From positions 186,001 to 250,000 of the forward strand of contig NW_025765148.1 in assembly GCF_003918875.1 (NCBI RefSeq): a stretch of DNA of 64,000 nt, in the 5' to 3' direction. The notes below the pieces were generated by a model. The model saw only the letters and a program-made list of their open reading frames with translations. It made no database searches and was not told the DNA's origin. Positions 1-13,396 of the stretch are shown piece by piece (the first letter of the stretch is position 1; each line of letters starts with the position of its first letter). Both the position numbers and the translations under genes were made by a program. The DNA is from Haliotis rubra. Taxonomy: Eukaryota.

Positions 1-1195
1 ATTGGAAGTCACTTGTAGCGAAGAAATAGATGAGTCTTTAGTCGTGTTTTGAGTGTACTTAGGGAAGGAGATGATTTTAACTCGATAGGGAGAGAGTTCC
101 ACAGAGAAGCTGCTGCATATGAAAAGGTCCTTGAGCCAAATGATTTGAGACTGTAGCTCGGGACAGCAAGTAACAGTTGTTGTGATGGCGCAGGGTTCTT
201 TCTGGAGAGTAATGTGTCAGAAGGTCTTGAAGGTAGGAAGGTCCTGAGTTGTAGAAAGACTGGTAGGTGAGGCAGAGAATCTTGAAATCAATCCTTTCCG
301 CGAATCACGGAGCCAGTGTAGAGAGTTTAGGATGGGAGAGATGTGACAGCGAGGACTGGTGAGAGTGATGATGCGTGCAGCTTTGTTCTGGATTTTCTGA
401 AGGCGATGGAGTTGAGAGGAAGAGATGCCAAACAGTAAACTGTTGCAGTAATCCAGGCGGGATAAAATCAGTGTCCGCACAAAGGGTGGCAGTGGCTTCT
501 TTGTTAGGACTTTGCGGATGCTGCCGATGTTCTTCAGATGGTAGTGGCAGGTCTTTACTAGATGATTTATTTGCTTGTCCATGCTGAGGTTTGAGTCCAA
601 AAGAGCGCCAAGGTTTTTCACAAGAGGAGAAAAAGGAATCGAAGATTGCCCAATGGAGATATCTTTGATGATAAGGTTTAGTTGTCTTGAGATTGTGGAG
701 ATGACCATTGTTTCTGTTTTATAGTCGTTAAGTTTCAGCTTGTTAGCAGACATCCAGGATCTTGTGCTCGAGAGGCATGCTTCAAGGTTGGACTTGCACT
801 CTAACTGACTTTGTTCTGACGACTTAAAACTGTCAAACAATTGGCTGTCGTCCGCATAGAAATGATGAGGCACATGATAAGCAGACATCAGTTTTCCGAG
901 CGGTTGAGTATACAGGGAGAAAAGAGTTGGTCCAAGAACTGATCCCTGGGGAACTCCACAGGTTAGGGTGTGACTGGATGATGAAGACGTTCCGATGTGA
1001 ATGGACTGGGTTCTGTCTGAAAGGTAGGATCTTAGCCAGTCAAGAACTGTATTAGTCAAACCAAATTCTTTCACCAAACGCTCAAGAAGAATTTCATGGT
1101 TAATTGTGTCGAAAGCCGCAGATAAATCCAGGAGGACAAGCAAAGCAGATTCACCATGGTCGACTGCGGATCTGACAGAGTTCAAGACATAATTT
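1..1195 (-). mobile_element. L2-clade LINE ORF2 fragment (reverse transcriptase), 5'-truncated, frameshifted near 300; probably intronic to ABHD11
   Basis: ORF 217..1407(-) has LLDLSAAFDTINH, GVPQGSVLGP, YADDSQL, KLKLNDYKTE, LSRLDYCNSLL, LHWL motifs of L2/CR1-group RTs. Confidence 0.9.
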
Positions 1196-2000
1196 AGAGC
1201 AATGGCAACCAAATTGAGAAATAGAGAGATGGCAACCAAATTGTCTGGCAATAATCCTGCTTGATGTGCCAACCTGCAACATGCCCAACGCCAGTTCTCG
1301 TTCCTCTGGTGCCAATCTTGACATTGTAAAATAAACTTTACTTGTGGAGGTACAGATAAGATGAGAAAGTTATTTTGCTGACGGTCATTTATACCCCTAA
1401 TCAGCATGTTTTACGCATGCAATTTGTGCTTTTCGTGTGTGTTGTGCATGAATTTTGTTGTTGTCATGTGATGTGTTCCATGATGTGTTCGGGCAATCCG
1501 TTCTTTACTGTACAGCATTATTTATTGTCTTTTGTGTTATTAACAACATTTCCAACGTTCATTTTCACTCTCAAAACAATCCTATTACCATATTTCAAAA
1601 TTTATAGGTGGTGCGTTTTCAATGATGTTCAGTATATATATATGACAGCACTCAGCATTAATGGGATCTTGGCGTCCCTTCAGGATTTCATGATACATTA
1701 TTTGAATTTAGAGCCCATTTCTTTCTTAACAAGGCTAGAGCATGGTCCCTTGACTTTCATTGTATGTGTTTGGGCACAGCTAAGTGGCACCCAACTGTAC
1801 ACAGTGCCCCAAGCTTATGGTAATTAGTATTTTCATTTTGCTATGACTAAATTTTAACTTTCACACATCCTGCATAAGTTTAGTTGTCTCAGGTTGGATT
1901 TGTCTTCTCTGGAGATGAGAAGAAACAGAAAGATGTCTTTTCTATGTGTGGTCAAATTTCAATTTGTATAATTCTTTGGAAAAACTTGTTGTCTTTACAG

Positions 2001-2174
2001 GTAATAACTGTTGATGGTCGTAACCATGGAGACAGTGAACACAGTCCTTACATGGACTACTATGCCATGAGGGATGATGTTCTGAGATTGATGGATGACC
2101 TTCACCTTGAGCAGACGGTTCTGGTTGGTCACAGCATGGGAGGCAAGATCGCGATGACTCTTGCTTTGTCACAG
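2001..2174 (+). CDS. ABHD11: ABHD11 alpha/beta hydrolase, internal exon with nucleophile motif
   Basis: tctttacag|GTA...CAG|gtatgg; 174 nt; VITVDGRNHGDSEH...LVGHSMGGKIAMTLALSQ (GxSxG). Confidence 0.93.
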
Positions 2175-2929
2175 GTATGGAGAATGGGTATCGTCTCCTG
2201 CGTGGGAGTCATTTGCTATAGGGTGGGGTAGGATAGGATGGGGTGTGTAGGGGATGGGATGGGTTTTTAGGATTATTATATTTTGTCAGCTTCCCTTCTC
2301 CACCCCCATATATTTTTCGCCTCCCCTTATTTTCATAAATAATATATGACCACACCAAATTTATTGTTCATATTTATAAAACGAAAAATAATATAATAAT
2401 ATAATATAATAATAATATGAAAAAATCAAACCAACACACATTCAAACTTAACCCATTTTTGCTGAGGCAATGGACTAGTGGTGGTCCGATTAATTGAAAT
2501 AATCGAAAATTGGTTGCAGTGACTAAACGACCAAGCAATAGATCATGTTTTCTCATAATCAAACACAAACGATTCTGGAACACTTTTTGCATTAACAATA
2601 TTTTTCACAAGGTTGGTTTTGTGTGTTACATTTCATGAGCACTACAAGCTTGTTCCAAGTCATGACTGAATTTATTTTAAAGACCCCAAGAAATTTATGT
2701 TCCTAACATACTAGTCATCCTTTAAAGATGTGAAATTTGAAAAAAAAACAACCCAAAGAACTATATGTTTTTTAATTTATGTTTTTGTGCAAACAAAAAT
2801 AACCAGCAAAATATCATAAACCTGAATCTCTCCGAGGTTAGGCTTATCATGTATTGTATGTTCGACTTGTCAATAGTTGAAGGCACCATGACATCTTGTT
2901 ATTGTATATTGTGACATGGCTGTTGGCAG

Positions 2930-3100
2930 CCTGAGCGTCTGAAGGGCCTGGTCGTGGTGGATGTTGCACCTGTGACCAGCCCTGGTGGGAGGTTGCTGCT
3001 GTCGTATGCGGAGAGGATGCGGCAGATCGTTCCTGATGCCCATGCGTAAGTATCCACTGCCAGGAAGGAGGCGGATGTGCAACTCAGACCAATTGTTGAG
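2930..3100 (+). CDS. ABHD11: ABHD11 internal exon containing an in-frame TAA at 3047-3049
   Basis: ggcag|CCT...GAG|gtactg; 171 nt, phase 0/0; PERLKGLVVVDVAPVTSPGGRLLLSYAERMRQIVPDAHA*VSTARKEADVQLRPIVE, resembling ABHD11 on both sides of the stop. Confidence 0.88.
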
Positions 3101-3658
3101 GTACTGTAATAGTTTTGGAATTATAACTGTATTTAAGGAAGAAACCATATTTCAATGTCACTGAAATGGTGCATATTTGTCAAATCGTCCTCAAGTATAG
3201 TCTACTTTTCTTAGACACCACTATTTGCTATTTAGATTAAGTACCTTGGGTAGCCAGGAGCTTATGATTATGGGTTCGAATCCCGCTTTGTCCAGATTAT
3301 GAATGTCGGTTTGTTAGCGACTTAATTTGAGCTTGTTGGTGTTATGAATATGGTAAGCATCAAGAACCTACATTACTTCTCCTTCTCCCTACATTAAGTG
3401 ACACACAATGACATAACTGGAATGCTGTTTGAAGCAGCTTTAAACCAAACTCATTCTTTCACTCACTCATTAGTAGGGTAGGTAGGTGTTTTCTTTTCTT
3501 TGAAAAATGGAAATAAGCAGCACATGAGTTAGAGCCTGCTGGTAAGAGTGGCTGTAATGAAGATGAGGACAGCTGTATCTGTAGTGCAGCACAACGGATG
3601 TTATCTCATATACAGAAAAAATGTGGAGCAACAAAAGGTGTTGTCAGGAACTCTAGGT

Positions 3659-3951
3659 TAGAGGTGTGACGATACCGAAATTTCAAGATACGATACGTAT
3701 CGCAATATCTTGGAACGATTCGATACGATATGATGCATATCACGATATGCTATGTTTAGTTATTATCTTTAAAAAAGTGTATTTTGATAACAAGTAACAG
3801 TGTAAATTTTGACATAACCGTCAATTTCTAGTGAAAATTCACAATTTTATGGTCAACGATACATATCACGATACGAAAAAAAGTATCGATATATTTATTG
3901 TCAGAAAAAGTATCATGATTATCGATACTACGATAAATCGTCGAAGCTCTA
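3659..3951. mobile_element. hAT-like MITE
   Basis: Imperfect TIRs tagaggtgtgacgat / atcgtcgaagctcta, internal cgata repeats, 8-bp TSD ctctaggt/ctctagat. Confidence 0.7.
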
Positions 3952-4175
3952 CTCTAGATACATGTGGCAAACCAGAAAGCCACCATTTTTGTTTTGTTTG
4001 GAAGATAATATTGTTATGGCTGGCAAGTCTAATGAGAATTTTGGTTGTAGTAGATAAGTCACTCTTAGTCAAATTGGTTTTGGTTAAAACCAACAGTGTG
4101 CCATGGTATTTGAGTTTGGCAGTTTTTCATCAGTTATGGTGAGTCTGAGGAGTCTGTGTATATGAACTAGAACAA

Positions 4176-4447
4176 GGTGAGGTGAAATTGGGTTTAACGT
4201 CGTACTTGAGAATATTTCGCTCATATGACGACGTGCATGCGTGTGTATGTGTATATGCGGCTGCTTGTACTAGCCCAGACTTAAGCTGGTTTTATAGTGC
4301 TAGCCCACTGAGATACCACACTGCAGTTAAGCATGAATACCCCACTCAGACACATTATACTGACTCCGAGCCGACCAGTCCTTGTTGTACCCATTAATGC
4401 CGAGCGCCAGGCAGGGACCGACAAGTACCATATTTTAACGTCTTTTG
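4176..4447 (-). mobile_element. SINE family B, 5'-truncated
   Basis: Near identical to the copies at 19591, 25475 and 52400; (cctca)n tail. Confidence 0.85.
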
Positions 4448-4524
4448 GAACTAGATGAACCATATTGTAGTAGACAATAGGATTTAAGACCAAGTTGTGC
4501 CAGGTGTATGTGTAATTGTTGCAG

Positions 4525-4706
4525 AGTTCGCTAGTGCGGCAGTTCCTGCTGACTAACCTGGTGGAGAAACATGGCACGGTGCAGTGGAGACTGAACTTGG
4601 ACGCCGTCATTGACAATTACCACCATGTCATGGAATTCCCAGAATTTTCTCACCCTTTTGAGAAACCTACAAAATTCATTGGAGGAAGTTTGTCACATCA
4701 TATAAG
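4525..4706 (+). CDS. ABHD11: ABHD11 internal exon
   Basis: ttgcag|AGT...AG|gttagt; 182 nt; SSLVRQFLLTNLVEKHGTVQWRLNLDAVID...PTKFIGGSLSHHI. Confidence 0.92.
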
Positions 4707-4887
4707 GTTAGTATATGAGTCGTGTCCCCACGAGGAGAAACCAGGGCTATATGGGGAATCTCCGCCAGCATTCGGTTGATCCACAGGAGTATGACTGCAA
4801 TGTCATCAACATGTTGTTAAATAAGACACACTGTCTTGACACCCAATACCCAGTCATTATGTTCACATTGATTGCAGACACATGAAT

Positions 4888-5085
4888 TTCCAGGTTAGGA
4901 CTGGTCTTCGGCAAACGATGTTTGTCGATAGAGGCGACTGACAGGATCTTGGTTCATGCATGAGATCGTATCTCAGTTGCGTAGATTGATACTCAGGATG
5001 TCAGTCACTGGATTGACTGATCCAGACCACCGTTATATAGCTGGAATATTGCTGAGTGCGGGGTTAAACAATAACAAACAAACAA
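4888..5085 (+). mobile_element. SINE-like family C copy (others near 5380, 12019, 21080, 28603, 34295, 41693, 43385, 47280, 54375)
   Basis: Recurring core gtcgtaagaggcgactaacgggatc...gatcactggattgtctggtccagac...tatagctggaatattgctgagtgcggcgttaaacaac. Confidence 0.75.
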
Positions 5086-5513
5086 AACACTGTTGATTGC
5101 AAAGTATTTGAAAATCGTTTGAAATATATGATTCAGGGGTATAGTTTGAAGAAGAGATGCTGATCACTATCTGTTTGTGAAGTCCTAGCCATGAAATGTG
5201 ATCTGTTATGGACTTACCTGGTCAATGTGCCCTGTTGAAGGAATGAAAACATGTAGCTACATACAAACCCAGTATTTTAAATATGGTTTGTTAACTTTGC
5301 AGAAATATTACTCGGCACTTCAATATAACAAGATGAAAAGGTTTTCTGTCTTTTTGTATTTACATCACAATCATCGCTATGAAGATCTAGGTTAGAATTG
5401 GTCTTCAGCAACCCATGTTTGCTGTGAGAAGCGTCTGACTGGGCCTTGTGGTCAGGCCGTCGGTCATCTTGTCTTAACTATGTCAGCGTTCATGATGTCA
5501 TCACTGGATTGTC

Positions 5514-6097
5514 CAGTCTAAGTAAACTTAGGCTCACTATTATTTGTTACACTGCTATACTGAGTCTAACAAAACCTTGTAGAAGGTCACGTCAGCTAAC
5601 CTTTTGGACTGACCAATCAGAACACAGCTTACCATATCGCTAAAGTTAACATTCTCACATACCGTTTGAACCTTTACCTAAAAAACTCGAACATTATTTT
5701 CCGCACGATCGCTTAGTAGACAGTCGCTGAAAATAGCGTTTTTGTCAATATTCAAGGATGTCATCCTTCGAAAATATAAGCAAGTAGTAACCATGTCATT
5801 AGAAACCACTAAGCGTTTATACTGCAGGTCAAATATATGTGTTTTATGCGGACTTTCGTTTGTTGATAGATCAGTGTCATGACCAGGGAAGAGAAAAATC
5901 AAAAACCGATTTGTAAGTCCCGTCGAACCCTAACAAGTAGTCGTTGTCTGATAGGTTAAATCCCTTCAGCCGTCTCGCGTTTGATTGGACGGTCATAGGT
6001 CGCTCAAAGGTTAGCTGACGGTGATCTTCTACTAGGTTTTGTTAGACTCAGTATAGCAGTGTAACGAATAATACTGAGCCTAAGTTTACTTAGACCG
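5514..6097. mobile_element. Long-TIR foldback MITE with 9-bp TSD (Mutator-like), inserted into a family C SINE
   Basis: About 90-bp inverted termini (gtctaagtaaacttaggctc...) and TSD tggattgtc at 5505-5513 and 6098-6106. Confidence 0.85.
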
Positions 6098-6290
6098 TGG
6101 ATTGTCTTGTTTAGACTTTATTCTTTGGACTAATGTCGTTTAGCGGGAAAGTTGGAATACAGCTTTAAACAACAAACAGGAACAGCTTCACAGATATGTA
6201 TGTTGAGACAATGTGCATGACACCCACCATGGTTCCATGTCTGTTTTGACCACTCCCATGCCATGCCTTATGTGTGTATTTGTGCTTCAG

Positions 6291-6438
6291 TTCCGAAACA
6301 ATCCCCGAGATCAAGACTCTGTTTCCGATGGCGGACATCACCCACATCCCTGGTGCAGGACACTGGGTCCATTCGGAAAACACGCCGGAGTTCATCAACA
6401 TCCTGTCTGACTTCCTCACACAGGAGAACCTGTCTTGA
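6291..6438 (+). CDS. ABHD11: ABHD11 last coding exon with catalytic His
   Basis: gcttcag|T, phase 2 matches previous exon; SETIPEIKTLFPMADITHIPGAGHWVHSENTPEFINILSDFLTQENLS*, TGA 6436-6438. Confidence 0.92.
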
Positions 6439-7082
6439 TGCTGGTCGCACCATGCAACTGTCTCCACAAATGTAGATACTATGTTAACTTTAATATACTA
6501 GTATTTATATTTCCTCTTTCAACAAGAACCAGTATGGGTTCAGTTTCCTCATGCTAGAGAGCTTGTCTTGATAATGTTGAAACGACATCTCATATCTAGT
6601 CTCCACAGATGTAGATATTATTTTAACATGATTATATAACTTCATTCAACAAAGACCAGTCTGTGATGATTCACAAATTGGACAAAAAGATTACATCAAA
6701 ATCAGGATCAACAAAAAAATCAAATGTTATGCATTTTACATACTTTTTGTAGTAACATAGCATATGCAATGTAGCGGCTAGTTTATCTCCACTACAGATG
6801 TGAGTGTTCCATCATCCTGATCATTTCTAGTTTCATAACAAATTTTTAATTTTCTGTTATAGTTCAGTCCATCAACAACTTGATACATGGATATATTAAC
6901 TCTTACAGTCCATGGAGCGTAGTCTTCTGTTTACTATGTGGCATTATACTGTAAACAATTTACAATGATCACTAGTGAGATTAGAATTATAATTGTATTT
7001 GATACATTATTTCCATTGTGATTTAAGTCTGTGATGTGTGTACTTACAAGCTTGTTATTATCTGTGTCATGTTGCTGTGTAC

Positions 7083-7424
7083 CAGGGATTTACCTGGAGT
7101 CCTGTATTTGAGGGTCCCTGGGACTCATACTCTTAATTTTCAGGGGGTCCTGGACAACAAAATGGGGGTCCCAGACACTTAGATATTATTATCAATACTG
7201 ATATTGTATTGTGTATCATGATCATTACAGTAATTACATTGGAAATAATACCATAACCCAGCTAGTAGCAAACTCAGTGATAACGTATTGACACTTGATT
7301 GGAATTTTTACCAAAAGTATTGGACTTTTTCTGAGTCCTGTGGATGCACTTAGAAATTTTGTTGCGTCCATTGTCAATTTTTTATGTGTATAGGACGCAG
7401 AAATTGACGTCGTGTAAATCCCTG
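7083..7424. mobile_element. Short hAT-like non-autonomous element
   Basis: 11-bp TIR cagggatttac / gtaaatccctg; no clear TSD. Confidence 0.45.
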
Positions 7425-9097
7425 CACTAATGTTGAACGCCACTTCCTTGTCACCTGTCAACAAAAGACGTCATGTCACTATTTATGTTGTATAATCTTT
7501 AATGCAGTGTTTGGTTTGATTCTCCACATAGGTACAATGTGTGAGCCCTGTCTGGTGTTCTCTGCCATCATATTGCTGGAATATTAATAAACATGGCATA
7601 AAACCAGACTCACTCACACTATTTCATCTCTCACCTACCTCTTTTCTCAGTGTAAAACAGAGTTTTAACATTTTAATCGATATTTCAGCTGAAATGAATT
7701 TGTTGTTTACACAAGGGTGACAGAGACATACATGTATGTAGCTAAACCTTCATGTATTCAGTGTTTTTTGCTAAAAAAATCCTGAAGAAAACATGACATT
7801 ATCAGACCTCGATACCATGAAGCAATGCAGCTTCATTCTTGGCCTGACTTTCTACACGGGTGAGAGATGGCATTTCTCCAATCATGCTTTAGACCCTCAG
7901 AGCTTTAGAATCAAAAGATATATTTGTCAGTTTGCATGTTTCAAGTGGATATAAACATTGGATTTGTTTCAATGTAAAGGGATTGTATAAGGTGGTATAT
8001 GAAGGGTCAGGGAGAGATCACAGTTCAATCAATTTCATGTTTCACCCAAATTACTCATAAGAAGTAACACACAATGTCTAGAGCTGGACAGAAGGTGAGA
8101 GTCAGATCATTGAACATCATATCACAGATTTACAATGGTAGTGCTATATCACATGGTGCTAGGTGTTGTTGAAATTAGTGGTGTTGGTAGTACACTGGTG
8201 TGAGTGTTTGCTAGTCCAGTAGCTGGGTTTGTTTCTGCATATGGGTACAGTTTGTGAAGCCACGTCTTCATGATTACAATGTGATGCTGTGGCCACAGTG
8301 TTCAAGATTCAGCATTATAGGGTCTTGTCATAACCATGATATTGAAAGCAGACTAAACTTTGGAGTCCAGTAGCTGGTGCTGTTTCTCTATGTGGGTACA
8401 ATGTTTGAAGCCACTCCCTCATGCCTTTCAACATGTGAGCAGAACCCGGATATTGAAAACTGACTGAATTTTGGACACTGTCAGAGCAAGATGACTCGCT
8501 TTTAGTGTTGTATCACAGTGGCTTGTAATGAGGCAAAATAGTGGTCGATGTCATGAGCACCAATCCATTACGGCAGGTTACGATGACATATCTTATTTAG
8601 ATATAATAACGGAATGTTGGTCTCTACAGACTTTAGTGTTGTGGACAGCACACCCCAACACTAATACCCCAGTTATATGAATGCAATCCGTAAATACCCC
8701 AGTAAGGACCAGACAATCCAGTAATTGATGCCATGAGCAGTAACCTGATACCATGTGATGACATGCCTTCAACCAGTCACTGAGCCAGTTATCTCCATTG
8801 GTTTAGTGACCTCTTTCAATTATCCATAGGTTGCTGTGGACCAATATTCTTGCCAGCAGGGCTGTGGCAGGTAATATCTTGACCATTTCACTGCTCCTAG
8901 CTTGTATCTTAATTGAAGGCAAGATAACATAACCGTTCATGATTTGTATTTCTGTCTCCAACAGTTCCAAATGTAGGTTCTTGTGGTGACCTATTGAACT
9001 GTGCAGATGATAAGGTAGTGAAACTTGTAAAGTTCAGATATATATCCTTAATAATCTGTTTTGTAGATATACTGTGGTACTGTGGTTGTGTTGGCAT

Positions 9098-9233
9098 ATC
9101 AGTGTACCATGTCAGTGTACCCTGTCAGTGTACCCTGTCAGTGTACCATGTCAGTGTACCCTGTCAGTGTACCCTGTCAGTGTACCATGTCAGTGTACCA
9201 TGTCAGTGTACCCTGTCAGTGTACCCTGTCAGT
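9098..9233. repeat. 13-bp tandem repeat, about 10 copies, inside a family C SINE
   Basis: (gtcagtgtacc[a/c]t)n followed by SINE C sequence atcactggattgtctggcccagac. Confidence 0.9.
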
Positions 9234-9659
9234 ATGTTACTCATAACATCAATCACTGGATTGTCTGGCCCAGACTCAATTATGTGTAGGCTGTTGTCCT
9301 ATAGCTGAAATGTTGCCACGTCAAATGGTAAACACAGTAATGTTTGTTCAGAGGTTTCAATAGTAATCAATGTTATGGATGCGGTATGTACGGTAGTGCT
9401 GCCCAAGGCTGTTGTGTGTGCCACCATCAGTCTGTCTTGCCTGTGGATCATGATGCCTTGAGAACTCAGAACATCTGCACAGGCTTCTTTGACAGATGTG
9501 GTAACTGTGATATTCCAGGTTGTTACTGTGTAGCATGTAGATTCTGAGGAATGGTGCAGATAATAACATTATCTTGTTTTTTAATAAACAATTTTTATGA
9601 GTACATCATGTCTTGTTTTTTTCTGTGTATTAATGCTATTCAAATCAGGTCATGTCAAG

Positions 9660-11700
9660 GCATTCTGACACATGACTACAATGTGTTATAAGGAGCTCTG
9701 ACAGATGACTACAACGTGTGATAAGGAGCTCTGACACGTGATTACAATGTGTGATAAGGAGGAGCTCTGACACATGACTACAATGTGTGATACGGAGCTC
9801 TGACACATAACTACAATGTGTGATGAGGAGCTCTGACACAGGACTACAGTGTGTGATAAGGAGTAGCTCTGACACGTGATTACAATGTGTGATAAGGGGT
9901 TCTAACACATGACTGCAATGTGTGATACGGAGGATCTCTGACACATGACTTTAAGGTGTTATAAGGAGCTCTGATACACGACTACACTGTGTGATACGAA
10001 GGAGCTCTGACACACTACAATGCATGATAAGGAGGAGATCTGACACATGACTACAATGTGTGATAAGGAGGAACTCTGACACATGACTACAATGTGTGAT
10101 AAGGAGGAGCTCTGACACACGACTACAACGTGTGATAAGGAGGAGCTCTGACACAGGACTACAGTGTGTGATAAGGAGGAGCTCTGACACAGGACTACAG
10201 TGTGTGATGAGGAGATCTGACACATGACTACAATGTGTGATAAGGAGGAGCTCTGACACATGACTACAGTGTTTTATCAGAAGCCCTGACACATTATACG
10301 TGTGATAGTAAGAAGCTGACACATGACTACGATGTGTGATAAGGAGTAGCTCTGACACATGACTACAACATGTGATACGGAGGAGCTTTAACACATGACT
10401 ACAACGTGTGATAAGGAGGAGCTCTGACACACGACTACAACGTGTGATACGGAGGAGCTTTAACATGACTACAACGTCTGATACGGAGGAGCTTTGACAC
10501 ACGACTACAACGTGTGATACGGAGGAGCTTTAACACATGACTACAACGTGTGATACGGAGGAGCTTTGACACACGACTACAACATGTGATACGGAGGAGC
10601 TTTAACACATGACTACATCGTGTGATACGGAGGAGCTTTAACACATGACTACAACGTGTGACACGGAGGAGCTTTGACACACGACTACAACGTGTGATAC
10701 GGAGGAGCTCTGACGCATGACTACATCGTGTGATACGGAGGAGCTCTGACACATGACTACAACGTGTGAATAGGAGGAGCTCTGACATACAACTACAACT
10801 TGTGATACGGAGAAGCTCTGACACATGACTACAACGTGTGATAGTAAGTAGCTCTTACACACGACTACAATGTGTGATAAGGAGGAGCTCTGACATACGA
10901 CTACAACGTGTGATAAGGAGGAGCTCTGACACATGACTACAATGTGTGATAAGGAGGAACTCTGACACATGACTACAATGTGTGATAAGGAGGAGCTCTG
11001 ACACACGACTACAACGTGTGATAAGGAGGAGCTCTGACACAGGACTACAATGTGTGATAAGGAGGAGGTCTGACACACGACTACAACGTGTGATACGGAG
11101 GAGCTTTAACACATGACTACAACGTGTGATACGGAGGAGCTCTGACACATGACTACAATGTGTGATACGGAGGAGCTTTAACACATGACTACAACGTGTG
11201 ATACGGAGGAGCTCTGACACATGACTACAACATGTGATACGGAGGAGCTTTGACACATGACTACAACGTGTGATACGAAGGAGCTCTGACACACGACTAC
11301 AACGTGTGATACGGAGGAGCTCTGACATACAACTAGAACGTGTGATACGGAGGAGCTTTAACACATGACTACAACGTGTGATACGGAGGAGCTCTGACAC
11401 ATGACTACAACATGTGATACGGAGGAGCTTTGACACATGACTACAACGTGTGATACGAAGGAGCTCTGACACACGACTACAACATGTGATACGGAGGAGC
11501 TCTGACACATGACTACAACATGTGATACGGAGGAGCTCTGACACATGACTACTACGTGTGATACGGAGGAGCTCTGACATACAACTAGAACGTGTGATAC
11601 GGAGGAGCTCTGACATACAACTACAACGTGTGAATAGGAGGAGCTCTAACACATGATTACAATTTGTGGTAAGGAGCTCTGACACATGGAAGTCTGACAC
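9660..11700. repeat. 36-bp minisatellite with 33-bp variants, about 55 copies
   Basis: Unit ggaggagctctgacacatgactacaacgtgtgata[c/a]. Confidence 0.95.
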
Positions 11701-12491
11701 GTGCATACAGACTTATTTACGTGTTTATGCTTGTAATGTCACATGTCAGGCAGGGTAACCAGATGAAACGTCTTTCACTTTGAAATGGTCACGGAATCGA
11801 ACAACCACCAGAACAGGGAGATTATTTGTAGATGCATTAACTCAAACTGCTCTGCGGATAATATTTATGAACCAGGTAATTGTTCCAAGGACTTATTATT
11901 GTAATCATAAATTAAAACACATTTCAGAAAAAACATAACAAGCTATGCTCAGAATCCTTTTAAATGGAAAGTAACATTTTACTCATGTCATCATAATGAA
12001 CCCTGGTGTTCCTTTAAGTGACCCGTGAAGATATAATTGATCTTCAGTAACCCATGCTTGTCATAAGAGGCGACTAACGGGATCGGGTGGTCAGGCTCGC
12101 TGACTTGGTTGACACATGTCATATCTCAATTGCGTAGATTGATGCTCATGCGGTTGATCACTGATCAATTCCATGATACGAGTACAGTGTATATCATTTT
12201 TTAAAAATTCATTGCTCCACTACCAGTGATTGTAGTGTCCGAGGCATGTAAGGGCTTTTGGCACTAGGATATTCCTTGATCCAAATCCGTAAAAGCACAA
12301 CAAAATTTATAAACGAATGACCAGTGGTCCATGGCATCGCGGTATAGTTGATATAGGAAACCGTTTTGCAACAGTCCTTGAGGATAGTTGGTATGTGTGA
12401 TCCAAATCCGTAAAAAGCACAACAAAATTTATAAACGAATGACCACGTGGTAACATGGCATCACGGTGTGGTGGTGACTGACTTCCCTGAC

Positions 12492-12661
12492 TGACTGACT
12501 GACTGAGTTTTGGTTTTACGCCGCTTTTAGCAATATTCCAGCAACATCACAGCGGGGGACATCAGAAATGGGGTTCACACATTGTACCCATGTGGGGATT
12601 CGAACCCGGGTCTTCGGCGTGACGAGCAAACGCTTTAACCACTAGGCTACCCCACCGCCCC
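12492..12661 (-). mobile_element. tRNA-head SINE family A (further copies near 16875, 21618, 25311, 26106, 32775, 37005, 43502, 55433, 55798, 60063)
   Basis: A box tagcctagtggttaaagc, B box ggttcgaatccc, tail gctggaatattgctaaaagcggcgtaaaac plus (actc/agtc)n. Confidence 0.85.
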
Positions 12662-13396
12662 TGACTATCCTGAAGCATAACTAGGGTGATTGTGGGATTC
12701 GAACCCGAGATCGTTTCTTGTACTACAAGGAGGCACAAGCCTGCACAGCAAATTTCGGGGCCCACTTTCAGGAAGCGATCGTAGCGCTAGGACCGCCTTA
12801 AGTCTATGTTACGATAATCGGCGTGTACATCGCTCTGGGCAAGTAAGCCCTGGCCATACTTGTACTTAAACATTCATCAGGACAACTAAAATACGATTAC
12901 ATCGATCTTTTACTTAAACCTTGTTTGAAAAGACAACAGACAACAGAAATTCCAGATGATATTCGAACTGCGTTTTTTCACAACATTTCCACAGTAGTGT
13001 CGGACCACATTGACCATGGGTTCAAATCCACATTTCATACCGATTACGATCCTTGGGTTCTCAGCACCATGCCTGTGATTTAACACCTTAAAACAATGAT
13101 CAGAGCATAAGACCTGCATCCAGTCCGGATTTTTCTTCCACATAGAGGTCACGCGCCCTGACGTAGCCGGTATGAAATGAAAAAATGCATCCATGTTTAA
13201 TGGTCGCTAAAATGAAACAAGACGAATTTGACATACTATACTGATCTATTTAAACTTCAGTTCAGTTTTCATATAGTCTGCATTGTGCGAAATAACCACT
13301 GGCCCACTAGCCCGTGTCTAGTAAAAATCCAGTCGAGCCAGTAAATATGCACAGTGACTGGCCCGACTGGCTCGTGAATTTTCATGGGGTCATTTT

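Noticed and set aside
3047-3049. Selenocysteine or programmed readthrough in ABHD11
   Set aside because: Codon is TAA, not TGA, at a non-catalytic position
9660-11700. Long minus-strand ORFs (ELLRITRCSHVS)n resembling leucine-rich repeats
   Set aside because: Product of a 36-bp minisatellite with frameshifts and stops; no splice or start context
12277-12470. About 65-bp direct repeat pair (also a diverged 150-bp duplication at 8213-8475)
   Set aside because: Local duplications with no LTR, coding or structural signal
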